NCBI RefSeq assembly: GCF_000017845.1
Contig: NC_010547.1
Span: forward strand, 397,702 to 429,701
Origin: Crocosphaera subtropica ATCC 51142
GTDB taxonomy: Bacteria > Cyanobacteriota > Cyanobacteriia > Cyanobacteriales > Microcystaceae
Length of the DNA: 32,000 nucleotides
Direction of reading: 5' to 3'
Part shown: one piece after another, positions 1 to 9,586 of the stretch
How the letters are laid out: each line of letters starts with the position of its first letter
Position numbering within the stretch: the stretch's first letter is position 1
Program-made: the position numbers and the translations under genes
Notes under the pieces: model-generated
Told to the model about the DNA's origin: nothing
The model's input: only the letters and a program-made list of their open reading frames with translations
Database searches by the model: none

Positions 1-1
1 T

Positions 2-922
2 GTCAATACTATCTATGGTAAAGGAAGAACCATCACGCCACCTTTAATGGAATCAGGAAAAATTGATGCTTTAGCTTTTATTGGTGGTAGTCGTGCGGCT
101 AACAATCTTAAAAAACAACATCCAAAATCTCATCGCTTACGTTCTATTTTAGGATTAGAAGCCAAAAATCCAGGGATTGTTTTACCCCACGCTGACTTAG
201 ATTTAACCGTCAAAGAATGTATTTTAGGAACCCTTTCTTATAATGGACAACGTTGTACTGCCATTAAAATTATTTTTGTTCATCGGTCAGTGATTGATAC
301 GTTTCTAGAGAAGTTTACTGTAGCCGTTAGTGAGCTTAAATTCGGAATGCCTTGGGAAGATAACGTTTTCTTAACTCCCATTGCTGAACCCGGTAAACCT
401 AACTATCTCCAAGAATTAGTAGAAGACGCAAAAAATCACGGGGCAGAAGTGATCAATGAAGGAGGTGGGATGATTAATGAAACTTTCTTTTATCCCGCCA
501 TTGTTTATCCCGTTAATGACAAAATGAAAATCTATTCCGTTGAGCAATTTGGTCCGGTCGTTCCTATTGTTCCTTTTGAGGATATTGAAACACCGATTAA
601 TTATTTGGTGAATTCAGACTACGGCCAACAGGTCAGTATTTTCGGTCAAAATACAGAAGCAATCGCTCAATTAGTTGATCCATTAGTTAATCAGGTTTGT
701 CGTGTCAACCTTAATAGTCAATGTCAACGAGGCCCTGATACTTTTCCCTTTACCGGCAGAAAAGACTCAGCAGAAGGAACTTTATCGGTGCATGATGCTC
801 TGCGAGCTTTCTCTATTCGCACCTTAGTCGCAGCCAAAGAAGTTCCTCTCAATAAGCGACTGATTACTGAAATTGTTAGAGAACATCAATCTAATTTTCT
901 TTCAACAGATTTTATTTTGTAA
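2..922 (+). CDS. gapN: Aldehyde dehydrogenase superfamily, non-phosphorylating NADP-dependent glyceraldehyde-3-phosphate dehydrogenase-like; 5'-partial, continues upstream of the window
   Basis: The frame is open from base 2, and the ORF track starts at an internal Met (47). It has the ALDH catalytic-Glu context LGLEAKNPGIV and the catalytic-Cys context SYNGQRCTAIK. Overall it resembles GapN-type ALDHs. Confidence 0.65.
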   Translation, partial: VNTIYGKGRTITPPLMESGKIDALAFIGGSRAANNLKKQHPKSHRLRSILGLEAKNPGIVLPHADLDLTVKECILGTLSYNGQRCTAIKIIFVHRSVIDTFLEKFTVAVSELKFGMPWEDNVFLTPIAEPGKPNYLQELVEDAKNHGAEVINEGGGMINETFFYPAIVYPVNDKMKIYSVEQFGPVVPIVPFEDIETPINYLVNSDYGQQVSIFGQNTEAIAQLVDPLVNQVCRVNLNSQCQRGPDTFPFTGRKDSAEGTLSVHDALRAFSIRTLVAAKEVPLNKRLITEIVREHQSNFLSTDFIL

Positions 923-1028
923 AACATCTTGCTTTATGTCAAATAACTCTGGGTTTTCCTAAGTATGATGTTATTATCTGAACGGCTAAGCCTAAAATAC
1001 GTTGATTATTGTCTAGGAGCTTATAAAA

Positions 1029-1856
1029 ATGCCGAATGAAGAAAATGTTACTCCGACCAATCTAGCTTTGAATTCAAATTTAGAAACCGTTTTTTCTCTC
1101 GATCATGTCGACATTTATTACGGAACCTATCGAGCCGTTCGGGATGTCACTTTTACTATTCCTAAAAATAAAGTGACGGCCTTTATTGGTCCGTCTGGAT
1201 GTGGAAAAAGTACCATTTTACGTTGTTTTAATCGACTTAATGATCTCATTGATAGTTTTCACCTCGATGGAAAAATCAACTATCACGGACAGGATTTATA
1301 TGCCTCCGATATTGATCCTATTGAAGTTAGAAAACGTATCGGCATGGTGTTTCAAAAGCCTAATCCTTTCCCTAAAACTATTTATGACAATATTGCTTAT
1401 GGTGCTAGGGTTAATAATTTTCAAGGGGACTTAGATGAATTAGTAGAAACCTCCTTAAGACGGGCTGTTTTATGGGATGAAGTTAAGGATAAATTAGGGG
1501 AAAGTGGGTTTTCTTTATCAGGAGGACAACAACAACGACTGTGTATTGCTCGTACCATTGCTGCTCAACCTGAAGTGGTATTAATGGATGAGCCTTGTTC
1601 AGCATTAGATCCGATTTCTACCTTAAAAATTGAAGAATTAATGCACGAATTGAAAGAAAATTATACCATTGTCATCGTGACTCATAATATGCAGCAAGCC
1701 ACGCGAGTGGCTGATTATACCGCTTTTTTTAACGCCGAAGCAACCGATAAAGGCAGTAAGGTGGGGTTCTTAGTAGAATACGACCAGACTGAAACAATTT
1801 TTGGTAATCCTACTCACCAGGATACCAAAGATTATGTGAGTGGGCGTTTTGGTTAA
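1029..1856 (+). CDS. pstB: Phosphate ABC transporter ATP-binding protein PstB (copy 1)
   Basis: Walker [13 protein letters not shown] signature LSGGQQQRL, Walker [14 protein letters not shown]-loop VTHNMQQA and the PstB-typical C-terminus DYVSGRFG. Confidence 0.9.
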   Translation: MPNEENVTPTNLALNSNLETVFSLDHVDIYYGTYRAVRDVTFTIPKNKVTAFIGPSGCGKSTILRCFNRLNDLIDSFHLDGKINYHGQDLYASDIDPIEVRKRIGMVFQKPNPFPKTIYDNIAYGARVNNFQGDLDELVETSLRRAVLWDEVKDKLGESGFSLSGGQQQRLCIARTIAAQPEVVLMDEPCSALDPISTLKIEELMHELKENYTIVIVTHNMQQATRVADYTAFFNAEATDKGSKVGFLVEYDQTETIFGNPTHQDTKDYVSGRFG

Positions 1857-1903
1857 TTTCTCTAAATCTATGATTATTTAATCGTTAATATCAAGGAAAA
1901 AGG

Positions 1904-2695
1904 ATGACTAATTTATCAAACCAAACCGTATTGAAAACCGAAAATCTGAATGTATTCTATGGTTTTAATCTAGCAGTTAGAGATGTAACTTTAGACATTC
2001 CAATCAATAAAGTTGTCGCTTTTATCGGACCTTCGGGTTGCGGAAAAAGTACCGTGTTACGGTGTTTTAATCGTATGAATGATCTCATACCTAGTGCCAG
2101 AATTGATGGGACGATAACTTATCATGGCAAGGATATTTATACTAAAAAAGTTGACCCAGTCGACTTACGGTCTCGTATCGGCATGGTCTTTCAAAAACCG
2201 AATCCTTTCCCTAAATCCATTTACGAAAATATTGCTTTTGGGGCGCGATTAAATGGCTTTACAGGAGACATGAACGAGTTGGTAGAAATGTCGCTTAAAA
2301 AGGCATCTGTCTGGGATGAAACCAAAGATAAATTAAATCAAAGTGGTCTGGCTTTATCGGGAGGACAACAACAACGACTGTGTATTGCTCGCACCATTGC
2401 TGTTAAACCTGATGTGATTTTAATGGATGAACCCTGTGCCGCTCTAGACCCCATTTCGACCTTAAAAATTGAAGAATTAATCCACGAATTGAAGAAAGAT
2501 TACACTATTGTCATTGTTACCCATAATATGCAGCAAGCGTCGAGAGTCTCAGACTTAACGGCATTTTATAACGCAGAAGCTACTGAAAAAGGAGGCAAAG
2601 TCGGTTATCTCGTTGAATACGATGATACGGAGAAAGTTTTCCATAACCCCGCCCAAGAAGCTACCAGAGATTATGTCAGTGGGAGATTTGGTTAA
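1904..2695 (+). CDS. pstB: Phosphate ABC transporter ATP-binding protein PstB (copy 2, tandem paralogue)
   Basis: Same motif set as copy 1 ([37 protein letters not shown]). It starts 48 nt downstream of copy 1. Confidence 0.9.
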   Translation: MTNLSNQTVLKTENLNVFYGFNLAVRDVTLDIPINKVVAFIGPSGCGKSTVLRCFNRMNDLIPSARIDGTITYHGKDIYTKKVDPVDLRSRIGMVFQKPNPFPKSIYENIAFGARLNGFTGDMNELVEMSLKKASVWDETKDKLNQSGLALSGGQQQRLCIARTIAVKPDVILMDEPCAALDPISTLKIEELIHELKKDYTIVIVTHNMQQASRVSDLTAFYNAEATEKGGKVGYLVEYDDTEKVFHNPAQEATRDYVSGRFG

Positions 2696-2727
2696 ATCCA
2701 TTCCCTTTGTAAGTATCCATCAAACTT

Positions 2728-3057
2728 ATGAATAATTCTACCGTTGGTTATCAACATCCCCATTCAGGAAACTATGCACCGATAGAAGAATCAACTTGGC
2801 ATCATGCTATCTATCCTTTGGGGGCGCATTATCAAGACGATGACGTTACTTTTGCGGTGTATTCCAAACGGGCTACCCATATTCTCTTAGAAATTTATCT
2901 TTCCTCCACAGGAGAAGATGCTAAATACGATTATTGGTTAAAAAAGAATCCAACGGATCAGATTTGGCGAGCTAAGATTGCTGAAGTTCCCCCAGGGACT
3001 TTCTACGCCTTTCGTTGTTGGGGTCCTAACTGGGAATACGAAGAGGGATGGCTATAA
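2728..3057 (+). pseudogene. glgX: N-terminal fragment (~108 aa) of a glycogen debranching enzyme / isoamylase (GlgX-type), cut off by an IS3-family insertion
   Basis: Isoamylase N-terminal (CBM48-like) sequence: GAHYQDDDVTFAVYSKRATHILLEIY ... FYAFRCWGPNW. The reading frame ends exactly at the IS terminus (TGTACCC at 3058). Confidence 0.6.
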
Positions 3058-3093
3058 TGTACCCCAGAAACTGTACAAAGGGTTAAGATAGAA

Positions 3094-3417
3094 ATGCTGC
3101 TCCTAAACTATCAACAACAAGAGAAAAAAATGCAGCGTAAAAGATATAGTGCAGAGTTTAAAGCTAAAATTGCTCTAGAAGCCATAAAAGGGCTTAAAAC
3201 TGTCAATGAAATTGCAGGAGAGTTTGGGGTGCATCCTACCCAAATTCAACAATGGAAAAAGCAACTTCTTGAACGATTACCAGACATCTTTAGTCAAAAA
3301 CAAGAGAAACGAAAAAAACAAGATGAAGAGCTAACAGCCCAATTATATCAACAAATCGGTCAACTCAAAGTAGAGCTTGATTGGGTGAAAAAAAAAGCTG
3401 GACTGCTCGGTAAGTGA
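3094..3417 (+). CDS. IS3-family transposase OrfA (HTH); the likely true start is ATG 3130 (MQRKRYSAEFK...)
   Basis: Classic IS3 OrfA N-terminus RKRYSAEFKAKIALEA, followed by a C-terminal leucine-zipper-like segment. It ends just after an A9 run. Confidence 0.85.
   Translation: MLLLNYQQQEKKMQRKRYSAEFKAKIALEAIKGLKTVNEIAGEFGVHPTQIQQWKKQLLERLPDIFSQKQEKRKKQDEELTAQLYQQIGQLKVELDWVKKKAGLLGK
3388..3396 (+). other. A9 homopolymer at the orfA/orfB overlap (putative recoding or slippage site)
   Basis: Nine consecutive A residues. The orfB frame opens at 3389 and orfA stops at 3417, so this is the only overlap window. Confidence 0.6.
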
Positions 3418-3544
3418 TAAACGGACACTAATCGAACCCGAACATTCACAGATTAATCTGTCTCGCCAGTGTGAATTACTGGGATTAGCACGTTCTAGCT
3501 ACTATTACGAGTCAACAGGAGAAAGTGAACTTAATCTAGAACTA

Positions 3545-4234
3545 ATGAAACTAATTGACCAACAATATACTCAAACGCCTTTTTACGGCATTAGACGCAT
3601 GACAGCTTGCCTTCAAAAGCAAGGTTATCAAGTTAATCATAAACGAGTAGCTCGTTTGATGAGAAAAATGGGGTTAGAAACCATTTATCCGCGTCCAAAG
3701 CTAAGCCAGTCCGATGATAATCATCGTCGCTATCCTTATCTACTTAACGATCTGACCATTGATCAACCGAACCAAGTTTGGTGTAGCGACATTACCTATA
3801 TCCGAATGCCCAAAGGATTCGTCTACTTGGTGGCCATCATGGATTGGTATTCTCGCTTTGTGCTGGCATGGCAGTTATCCAATACTCTCGAAGTCAGTTT
3901 TTGTCTACAAGCGTTGGCGATCGCAGCTAAATGGGGTAAGCCTGAGATTTTTAATTCAGATCAAGGCTCTCAATATACCAGTCGTGAATTTGTGGACTCC
4001 TTAGAAAATCTGGGAATTACCATTAGTCAAGATGGAAGAGGCCGAGTCTTTGATAACATCTTTATTGAACGTTTATGGCGTTCTGTAAAGTACGAAGAAG
4101 TTTATCTCAAAGATTATTCTACTGTAGCGATCGCCTTAGAAAACCTGAGCAACTACTTTGAGTTTTATAACTATCGTAGGTTGCATCAATCTTTGGGTTA
4201 TCAATGTCCAGCTACAATACATTTTCAAGATTAA
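3545..4234 (+). CDS. IS3-family transposase OrfB (DDE/RNase H-like integrase core); the frame is open from 3389
   Basis: The upstream in-frame sequence reads ...LSRQCELLGLARSSYYY, typical of IS3 OrfB. The DDE core is DITYIRMP..., NSDQGSQYTS, IERLWRSVKYEE. Confidence 0.85.
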   Translation: MKLIDQQYTQTPFYGIRRMTACLQKQGYQVNHKRVARLMRKMGLETIYPRPKLSQSDDNHRRYPYLLNDLTIDQPNQVWCSDITYIRMPKGFVYLVAIMDWYSRFVLAWQLSNTLEVSFCLQALAIAAKWGKPEIFNSDQGSQYTSREFVDSLENLGITISQDGRGRVFDNIFIERLWRSVKYEEVYLKDYSTVAIALENLSNYFEFYNYRRLHQSLGYQCPATIHFQD

Positions 4235-4340
4235 GGAGGTGATTTAATTAAATTAACAAAAGTCTAAAATCTAGTCAGGTCAAAAGCTAACAGCTTTCTA
4301 TCTTAGTTTTATTAGTTATTTGTCTAGACAATTGGGTACA

Positions 4341-4609
4341 CTTCAGGTGATCGCTGTATTTGGTTACGCATTGATGGCAGTGAGGTTGAAGGCCATGATT
4401 TTTTGTTACTGATCAATATGCACTCTGAAGCGGTTTCATTTTCTGTTCCCATCGAAGAGAACTCTTCTCAACAATGGCTACTTCTCATTGATACAGCAGC
4501 TTGGGCAGAAACTCACTGTAATTATTGGTCAGTGGAAGACGCTACAATCATCTCAAATAATTATCAAGTTAACCCTTTTTCTATCGTGGTTTTAGAAGAA
4601 ATTATGTGA
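4341..4609 (+). pseudogene. glgX: C-terminal fragment (~89 aa) of the same GlgX-type debranching enzyme
   Basis: The frame is open immediately after the IS end: SGDRCIWLRIDGSEVEGHDFLLLINMHSEAVSFSVP...NPFSIVVLEE. This resembles the GlgX C-terminal beta-domain. About 500 aa of central catalytic domain are absent. Confidence 0.55.
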
Positions 4610-4857
4610 GAACTTTTTACCCTATGTCTAATCATCTTCAATATCAAAGACTGAGTCAATCACAACAAGAAAAAATGTCAGCCTTATCTGATGCCCTAAG
4701 TAGTGTTTTAAACTATGGAGAAGAAGGATTATTAATTGCCATTCAAATCTTAAACAATGAGAAGGGACAAATGAGATTATCTGCTTATGATTTACTGTGG
4801 GAAAAGTTAGATGATATCGGCAAAAAAAAATTAATTAAACTACTCTTAAAATCTTAA
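4606..4857 (+). CDS. Hypothetical small protein (83 aa)
   Basis: ORF only. It overlaps the end of the glgX fragment by 4 nt. The composition is helical and no family was recognised. Confidence 0.3.
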   Translation: MRTFYPMSNHLQYQRLSQSQQEKMSALSDALSSVLNYGEEGLLIAIQILNNEKGQMRLSAYDLLWEKLDDIGKKKLIKLLLKS

Positions 4858-6875
4858 TCAGGAAAGAAGTTAATTAATTCTGCTTTAATTAAGACTTTAC
4901 TTAATTCTCTAATTAAATATTGGGCTTGATGTTGATAAAAGGCCATGGGTAAAGTGTTGGGGATAGACTCCATCAACTTTCTGGCTAAAGCTAAATCACA
5001 TCCAGAGATACGAGTAATTGCATTAGCCCCTTCAAAGGCAGCATCTTGATGGGGAATCCAATTAATTCTCACCCCCCAACAACGAGAAGTCAATAAAATA
5101 TTACCTTGTTCAATCCGTTTTAAACCATCAACTGTCCCTAAAATAATGATGCGATCCCCAACTTCTACCCTAATCTCTAGAGAGGGCATTAATTTAATTT
5201 CTTGAAATTTATTTTGATAAAAAATAACTAGCACATCATAACCATAAGATATTTCTACAATCAGTAACCCATTAAGAGTATCATGGCTTTCAATTTGATA
5301 TTCTGTTACTAAAACTGTCTGATTTTGTTGACGAAATAAACTTAAAATATTTTCTCCAAAAGCAGCTCCTGCAAAGGCTTCAGCAGCAACAGCATAAGAA
5401 CTAATCACTTGAGCATTTTTTAGAAGATGAGTTAATTTTTCGCTTAATCCTTTACGATAAGCACCAATCACCAAACGGCCTTCAGGATTGACTGATCTTG
5501 CCATTAAAGCTATTTCTAAATTTAACATTTCATTTTCTGTGGTGATAATTATACTTTTTGCTTTGCTAATATTACCTTGGATAAAAGATTCTTTTAAGTT
5601 GCCAATAATTAGGGGAATATCAGACAAAATAGTGCGGTCAAAATCGGGATTAAAAGTTATTCCTACCTGGGGTTGTTTAACTTCTTTTAAATAATTAGCG
5701 ACTCGCTGGCCGACTTTTCCTAAACCAACGATAACTAAATGATCTTTTTGTGGAATAATAGGGCGAGGGCGAATTAGTTGAAATTTAGCTGATAATAAGG
5801 CTTCCGTTAAAGCTGCATATAAAACTCCGACAAAAGCAGTCCCAATAACAGTTAAACTAAGGGCAAAAAATTGTAACCAAGGAGGAATGGGCGCAATGGG
5901 TTCAAAGTTCCCAAAAAGATCAGCATAACCTCCTAATAACAAGATAGCTGTAGCATAAAAAGCATAAATTAACGTTGTGTCGGGATAATAAAATTGAAAC
6001 AGAAATGTTCCAATAATTAACAAAATTATAATCAATAAACTACAGACTAATACTACAGTCCGAACTTGACGCAACAAACTAAAATTACCTAATTGTGATA
6101 ATTCTAGTTTGAAGCGACTCAGAAAAATTGTGACCCCTTCTTGCCATTGTTTTCGTCGCTTTTTTACTTGAGGTAAACTTTGATAGTTTCTTAGAGAAAA
6201 TTCATCTACTAATTCCACATAAATTAAAGTATCTCCTACATTTAGGGGACTATTTAGTTCCCATTTATAAAATCCTTTAAAGTTCTTATTTTGAGTATTA
6301 ATATGACTTAAAACACGGCGTTTTTTATTGTTTAATTCATAAAGTTTTCTTCCATAAAACCAAGAATTACTCCCTTTTATTTGATGTTTAGTTACCTCAA
6401 AGCGATAATTATTAATCGCAAAAAAACCAATGGTTTCATCTCCTAAACCTTCCAAAGCAAAGGCAGAAGCAGTGAGTTGCGTGGGATCATCGGCAAAGAA
6501 GTTTCCTAACTGTTGATTGAGGAGTTGATTTAAGTTTTCTTGACCACACCGCATCACTATACGAATATTATCATTAAGTTCCCTAACCGTTAATGCTGTT
6601 TGAGCATTAACTTCTTCATCACTGGTAACAATTAAAACAGAACGACATTTTTTTAATTTTGCTCTTTCTAAGATTTCAATTTGACGACAATCTCCAATAA
6701 TTAATTCTTCAAAAAAATTAGGTAATTCGGGAAACTCCCAACTTTTAGGCATAGTTTGTTCAATGGCAACAACTTTCACCCCAAACTTTTTGAGTGCCAT
6801 GGCACAATGTTGTCCTAAACTTCCTAGGCCACAAACTAGAAATAATGTTGTTTCTTGAAACATAGATACTATCAA
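4854..6875 (-). CDS. Ion-channel-like membrane protein with two RCK/TrkA-N (Rossmann) domains flanking a 2-TM pore module
   Basis: N-terminal LVCGLGSLGQHCA and a second VIVGLGKVGQRVA, both GxGxxG Rossmann motifs. Hydrophobic segments lie at aa 272-295 and 335-360, around a pore-loop-like AILLLGGYADLFG. Confidence 0.6.
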   Translation of the reverse strand: MIVSMFQETTLFLVCGLGSLGQHCAMALKKFGVKVVAIEQTMPKSWEFPELPNFFEELIIGDCRQIEILERAKLKKCRSVLIVTSDEEVNAQTALTVRELNDNIRIVMRCGQENLNQLLNQQLGNFFADDPTQLTASAFALEGLGDETIGFFAINNYRFEVTKHQIKGSNSWFYGRKLYELNNKKRRVLSHINTQNKNFKGFYKWELNSPLNVGDTLIYVELVDEFSLRNYQSLPQVKKRRKQWQEGVTIFLSRFKLELSQLGNFSLLRQVRTVVLVCSLLIIILLIIGTFLFQFYYPDTTLIYAFYATAILLLGGYADLFGNFEPIAPIPPWLQFFALSLTVIGTAFVGVLYAALTEALLSAKFQLIRPRPIIPQKDHLVIVGLGKVGQRVANYLKEVKQPQVGITFNPDFDRTILSDIPLIIGNLKESFIQGNISKAKSIIITTENEMLNLEIALMARSVNPEGRLVIGAYRKGLSEKLTHLLKNAQVISSYAVAAEAFAGAAFGENILSLFRQQNQTVLVTEYQIESHDTLNGLLIVEISYGYDVLVIFYQNKFQEIKLMPSLEIRVEVGDRIIILGTVDGLKRIEQGNILLTSRCWGVRINWIPHQDAAFEGANAITRISGCDLALARKLMESIPNTLPMAFYQHQAQYLIRELSKVLIKAELINFFPD

Positions 6876-7065
6876 AGCTTATCTTTCATCCAGGTATTCC
6901 ATCATTAAGTCAAGTCTATATTCTCAACTTTTTGGATTTGGAGGCAATTTCAATCAGCCAGATTCGATCATCGAAATTTTCCTATCACTTACGTTATCAA
7001 CATGAGTTCGATTAATGGTTGATTTTAATCGTTTATGAGCTAAATTTGGGTAGATTAGGAATAGT

Positions 7066-8118
7066 CTACCTTTCCGGTTCAAATTTGGCCTGTTTGCGTA
7101 AGAGTTCCTCAATGGTCAGATTAAACTCTGAGGAACCTTCAAAAACTGTTCCGACTTCAAATTTTTGAAATTGAATCCTTGCCAAATGATAGCCTTCTTC
7201 GGGCAGAGGAATATAACCAACTTCACTAACAAGCTCCTTAGCGTTATCGAGATAGAATTCTACGAACGTTTCGAGGGCCCGATTTTCTTGGGCTCGCTTG
7301 GCATTGACATAAATGAACAGAGGACGAGTTAAGGGACGGTAACTTCCATTTTCTACCGTTTCGCGGGTGGGAGCAACCGGATCACTGCCACTGTCAATGG
7401 CGACAGCTTTCAATTTGTTGGCGTTCTGTTCGTAGTAGGCATAGCCGAAATAGCCTAGAGCATTGGGATCTTGGGCTATACCGTTAACCAATACCTCATC
7501 ATCTTCGCTATAAACATAATCCGTACGACTACTTCCTGCTTGTCCGACAATCGCTTCGGTAAAGTAGTCAAAGGTTCCTGAATCTTTGCCCGGCCCATAG
7601 AGGCTTAAAGCTCTCGACGGCCAGGACGCACGCACCTGCTGCCAGTTATTTATCTGAGCTTGGGCTGACGGCTCCCAAATTTGTTTTAACTCAGCAATGG
7701 TCATGCTTTGAACCCAGTCATTGCCTGAGTTCACGGCTACGGTGACGGCATCAAAGGCGATGGGCAGTTCGATATAGCGGACTTGATTGCGGTTGCAATT
7801 TTCCATCTCCACAGCAGAAATGGGGCGGGAAGCACCGTTAATGTCGGTTTCTCCAGAGCAGAATTTGCCGAAGCCTCCACCGGTTCCTGAAAAATCAGCC
7901 TTAATTTTTATTCCTTTGGCTATTTTCTCGGACTGCTGAGACTGTATAGACTTCAAGATAGCTTCAGTGATGGGATAGACTGTACTGGAGCCATCAATGC
8001 GAATGGGTTCACTTTCTTCGGTAATAGGGCGACTACAAGCAGGTAAGAAAAGAACAGCCGTGAGCAACAACTGTATAAACGATTGACCCAAGTTGATTTT
8101 GCGACGTTGAATTGCCAT
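7066..8118 (-). CDS. pstS: PstS-family periplasmic phosphate-binding lipoprotein
   Basis: Lipoprotein signal with lipobox LFLPAC. PstS-family motifs GSSTVYPITEA, FSGTGGGFGKF, DINGASRPI. Confidence 0.75.
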   Translation of the reverse strand: MAIQRRKINLGQSFIQLLLTAVLFLPACSRPITEESEPIRIDGSSTVYPITEAILKSIQSQQSEKIAKGIKIKADFSGTGGGFGKFCSGETDINGASRPISAVEMENCNRNQVRYIELPIAFDAVTVAVNSGNDWVQSMTIAELKQIWEPSAQAQINNWQQVRASWPSRALSLYGPGKDSGTFDYFTEAIVGQAGSSRTDYVYSEDDEVLVNGIAQDPNALGYFGYAYYEQNANKLKAVAIDSGSDPVAPTRETVENGSYRPLTRPLFIYVNAKRAQENRALETFVEFYLDNAKELVSEVGYIPLPEEGYHLARIQFQKFEVGTVFEGSSEFNLTIEELLRKQAKFEPER

Positions 8119-8404
8119 GATGTTACTCGATCCTTAATTTGATTTCACGACTTTTATTTCAATTTAGGCATTTACAAAACTCCCTTAATTAGCACTGCCA
8201 CAATACCAATTTTTAGGCTTATTCAAAGGCAATACGATGAATAATAGAGTATTCAACAAATGCAAGACCATTTGGTACTTTATCTATCATTATAATGCTC
8301 AGGTTTCCAACAGTTTGTAAATTTTCAATCAATGAGAATTGCTACCCTGTAGAGCATGATAGACAGCGTTACAACCTTTTTTTATTAGGTAAGAAGTCGG
8401 TTAT

Positions 8405-9097
8405 TTAATTAATTGACACATGAGAAAAGTCTTTAATATGACCGATTTTCACTTCTCCTTGTTGATTGGTTTGCCAAATTTTTCCGGTATCCACATCCAA
8501 ACAACTTAACCATCCTTGACCACAAGCCCAAGTATCAATACAAATTTGATGACCCATATTGACAGGACAACCATCTTTTTGAGAGGTATGACCGCACACC
8601 ACGATTTTTCCTGAATAATGACCATGATGGGGATACAGTTTTTGCCAAAATAAGTTATGGTTGGACTGCTTATGAAGGGGTAAATGGGGATCTAAATTAG
8701 CATGAACAAAGATATGATTATCAGTTTCGTACCAGTCTAAACAACACTGTTTAAGAAAGTCCCAATGGCTGTCAGGAACGTTTAATAAAGGACTATCATT
8801 CGTTTGGGGATAAGATTCTAGGGTTGTTTTACCCTCAGTCAATAACCAAAAATTGTCCTTTCTTTTTCCCTGAAAAGCATCTAACATCATCAATTCATGA
8901 TTTCCTTTGAGGGGAATTAATTGATGATTTTCATAGAGGAAAAGTAACCGTTCTAATACTCCTTTAGAATTAGGACCTTTGTCTACATAGTCCCCTAACG
9001 TAATTAACTTATCTTCTGGACGTAAATCTATGGCCTCTAGAAGTTGGTCAAAAGCCGTAGTACATCCATGAATATCTCCCACGGCTAAGGTTCGCAT
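8405..9097 (-). CDS. Metallophosphoesterase (PPP-family Ser/Thr phosphatase / ApaH-like)
   Basis: Calcineurin-like phosphoesterase motifs GDIHGC, GDYVDKGPNS, GNHE, and GH in VCGHT. Confidence 0.8.
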   Translation of the reverse strand: MRTLAVGDIHGCTTAFDQLLEAIDLRPEDKLITLGDYVDKGPNSKGVLERLLFLYENHQLIPLKGNHELMMLDAFQGKRKDNFWLLTEGKTTLESYPQTNDSPLLNVPDSHWDFLKQCCLDWYETDNHIFVHANLDPHLPLHKQSNHNLFWQKLYPHHGHYSGKIVVCGHTSQKDGCPVNMGHQICIDTWACGQGWLSCLDVDTGKIWQTNQQGEVKIGHIKDFSHVSIN

Positions 9098-9333
9098 TTT
9101 TTTTTTGATTAGATTTTTACCACTTTAATCATAGATTTCTTAGTTTAAGTTTTGGTTAAGGGTATTTTTTTCTGACTTCTCGTTGCAAAAGCCCCTCGTT
9201 ACATTTTTTAATGAATAAAAGTTAACAAAATAAAAAACTGATTAAAATAGATGAAGATAAATAAATAGACTTGTCCGAAAATTAAATTTGTAAGAAAAAA
9301 GAGAAGGAACTAGAGATACACTCGTTACAGTTA

Positions 9334-9586
9334 ATGACCAATACTTTAGAATATATTCATCAACGACCTCACTTAGCCAAACAAATCATTGGACTGAATT
9401 TAACTCAATTAGACCAACCCATCTCTGTAGCGATCGCCATGGATGCTGAAATTGCCCTAGAGTAATGCCCTTATTCTCAGTCTAACCCCTGGTAGAATTC
9501 GCATGAAAGTTGCCTTGTCTCTACGTCAGGCAAACCAACTAATTTTGATTGGGTTTAGTCTAAAAAATCAATTAGCCATTGAGTGA
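9334..9586 (+). pseudogene. Decayed N-terminal remnant of an IS5/Harbinger-like (HTH_Tnp_4 + DDE_Tnp_4 type) transposase
   Basis: A 43-codon ORF (MTNTLEYIHQRPHLAKQIIGLNLTQLDQPISVAIAMDAEIALE*) continues after a frameshift (9482-9586) as ...VALSLRQANQLILIGFSLKNQ. This resembles the N-terminus of cyanobacterial ISY203-type transposases. No DDE core follows. Confidence 0.35.

Larger units (their letters stand above)
3058..4340 (+). mobile_element. IS3-family insertion sequence (orfA + orfB)
   Basis: The termini are TGTACCC (3058-3064) and its reverse complement GGGTACA (4334-4340). Both ends also carry a subterminal TAAGATAGAAA block in inverted orientation. The element encodes an HTH OrfA and a DDE OrfB. 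No target-site duplication is visible (flanks ..ATAA / CTTC..). Confidence 0.7.

Noticed and set aside
1186-1434. Short ORFs from the track that lie inside, or antisense to, longer motif-supported genes: 1186..1434, 3759..4004, 5488..5694, 11845..12105, 13309..13557, 13608..13793, 13687..13938, 14482..14688, 16349..16564, 17164..17418, 18276..18479, 19444..19644, 21474..21686, 23189..23569, 24843..25106, 28499..28795, 29784..29996, 30215..30442, 31106..31315
   Set aside because: Each is fully embedded in a longer ORF with clear family motifs (PstB, IS3 OrfB, P-type ATPases, WD40, transposases, protelomerase-like, primase, Rpn). Their compositions are typical of out-of-frame or antisense translation, being Leu/Ser/Ile-rich or Arg/Pro-rich. 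No independent support was found.
8119-8404. Possible Pho boxes (CCTTAATT at ~8132 and ~8184) upstream of the pstS-family gene
   Set aside because: Cyanobacterial Pho boxes are tandem 8-bp PyTTAAPyPy(T/A) repeats with about 11-bp periodicity. The two copies here are about 52 bp apart with no tandem partner, and such words are expected by chance in AT-rich DNA.
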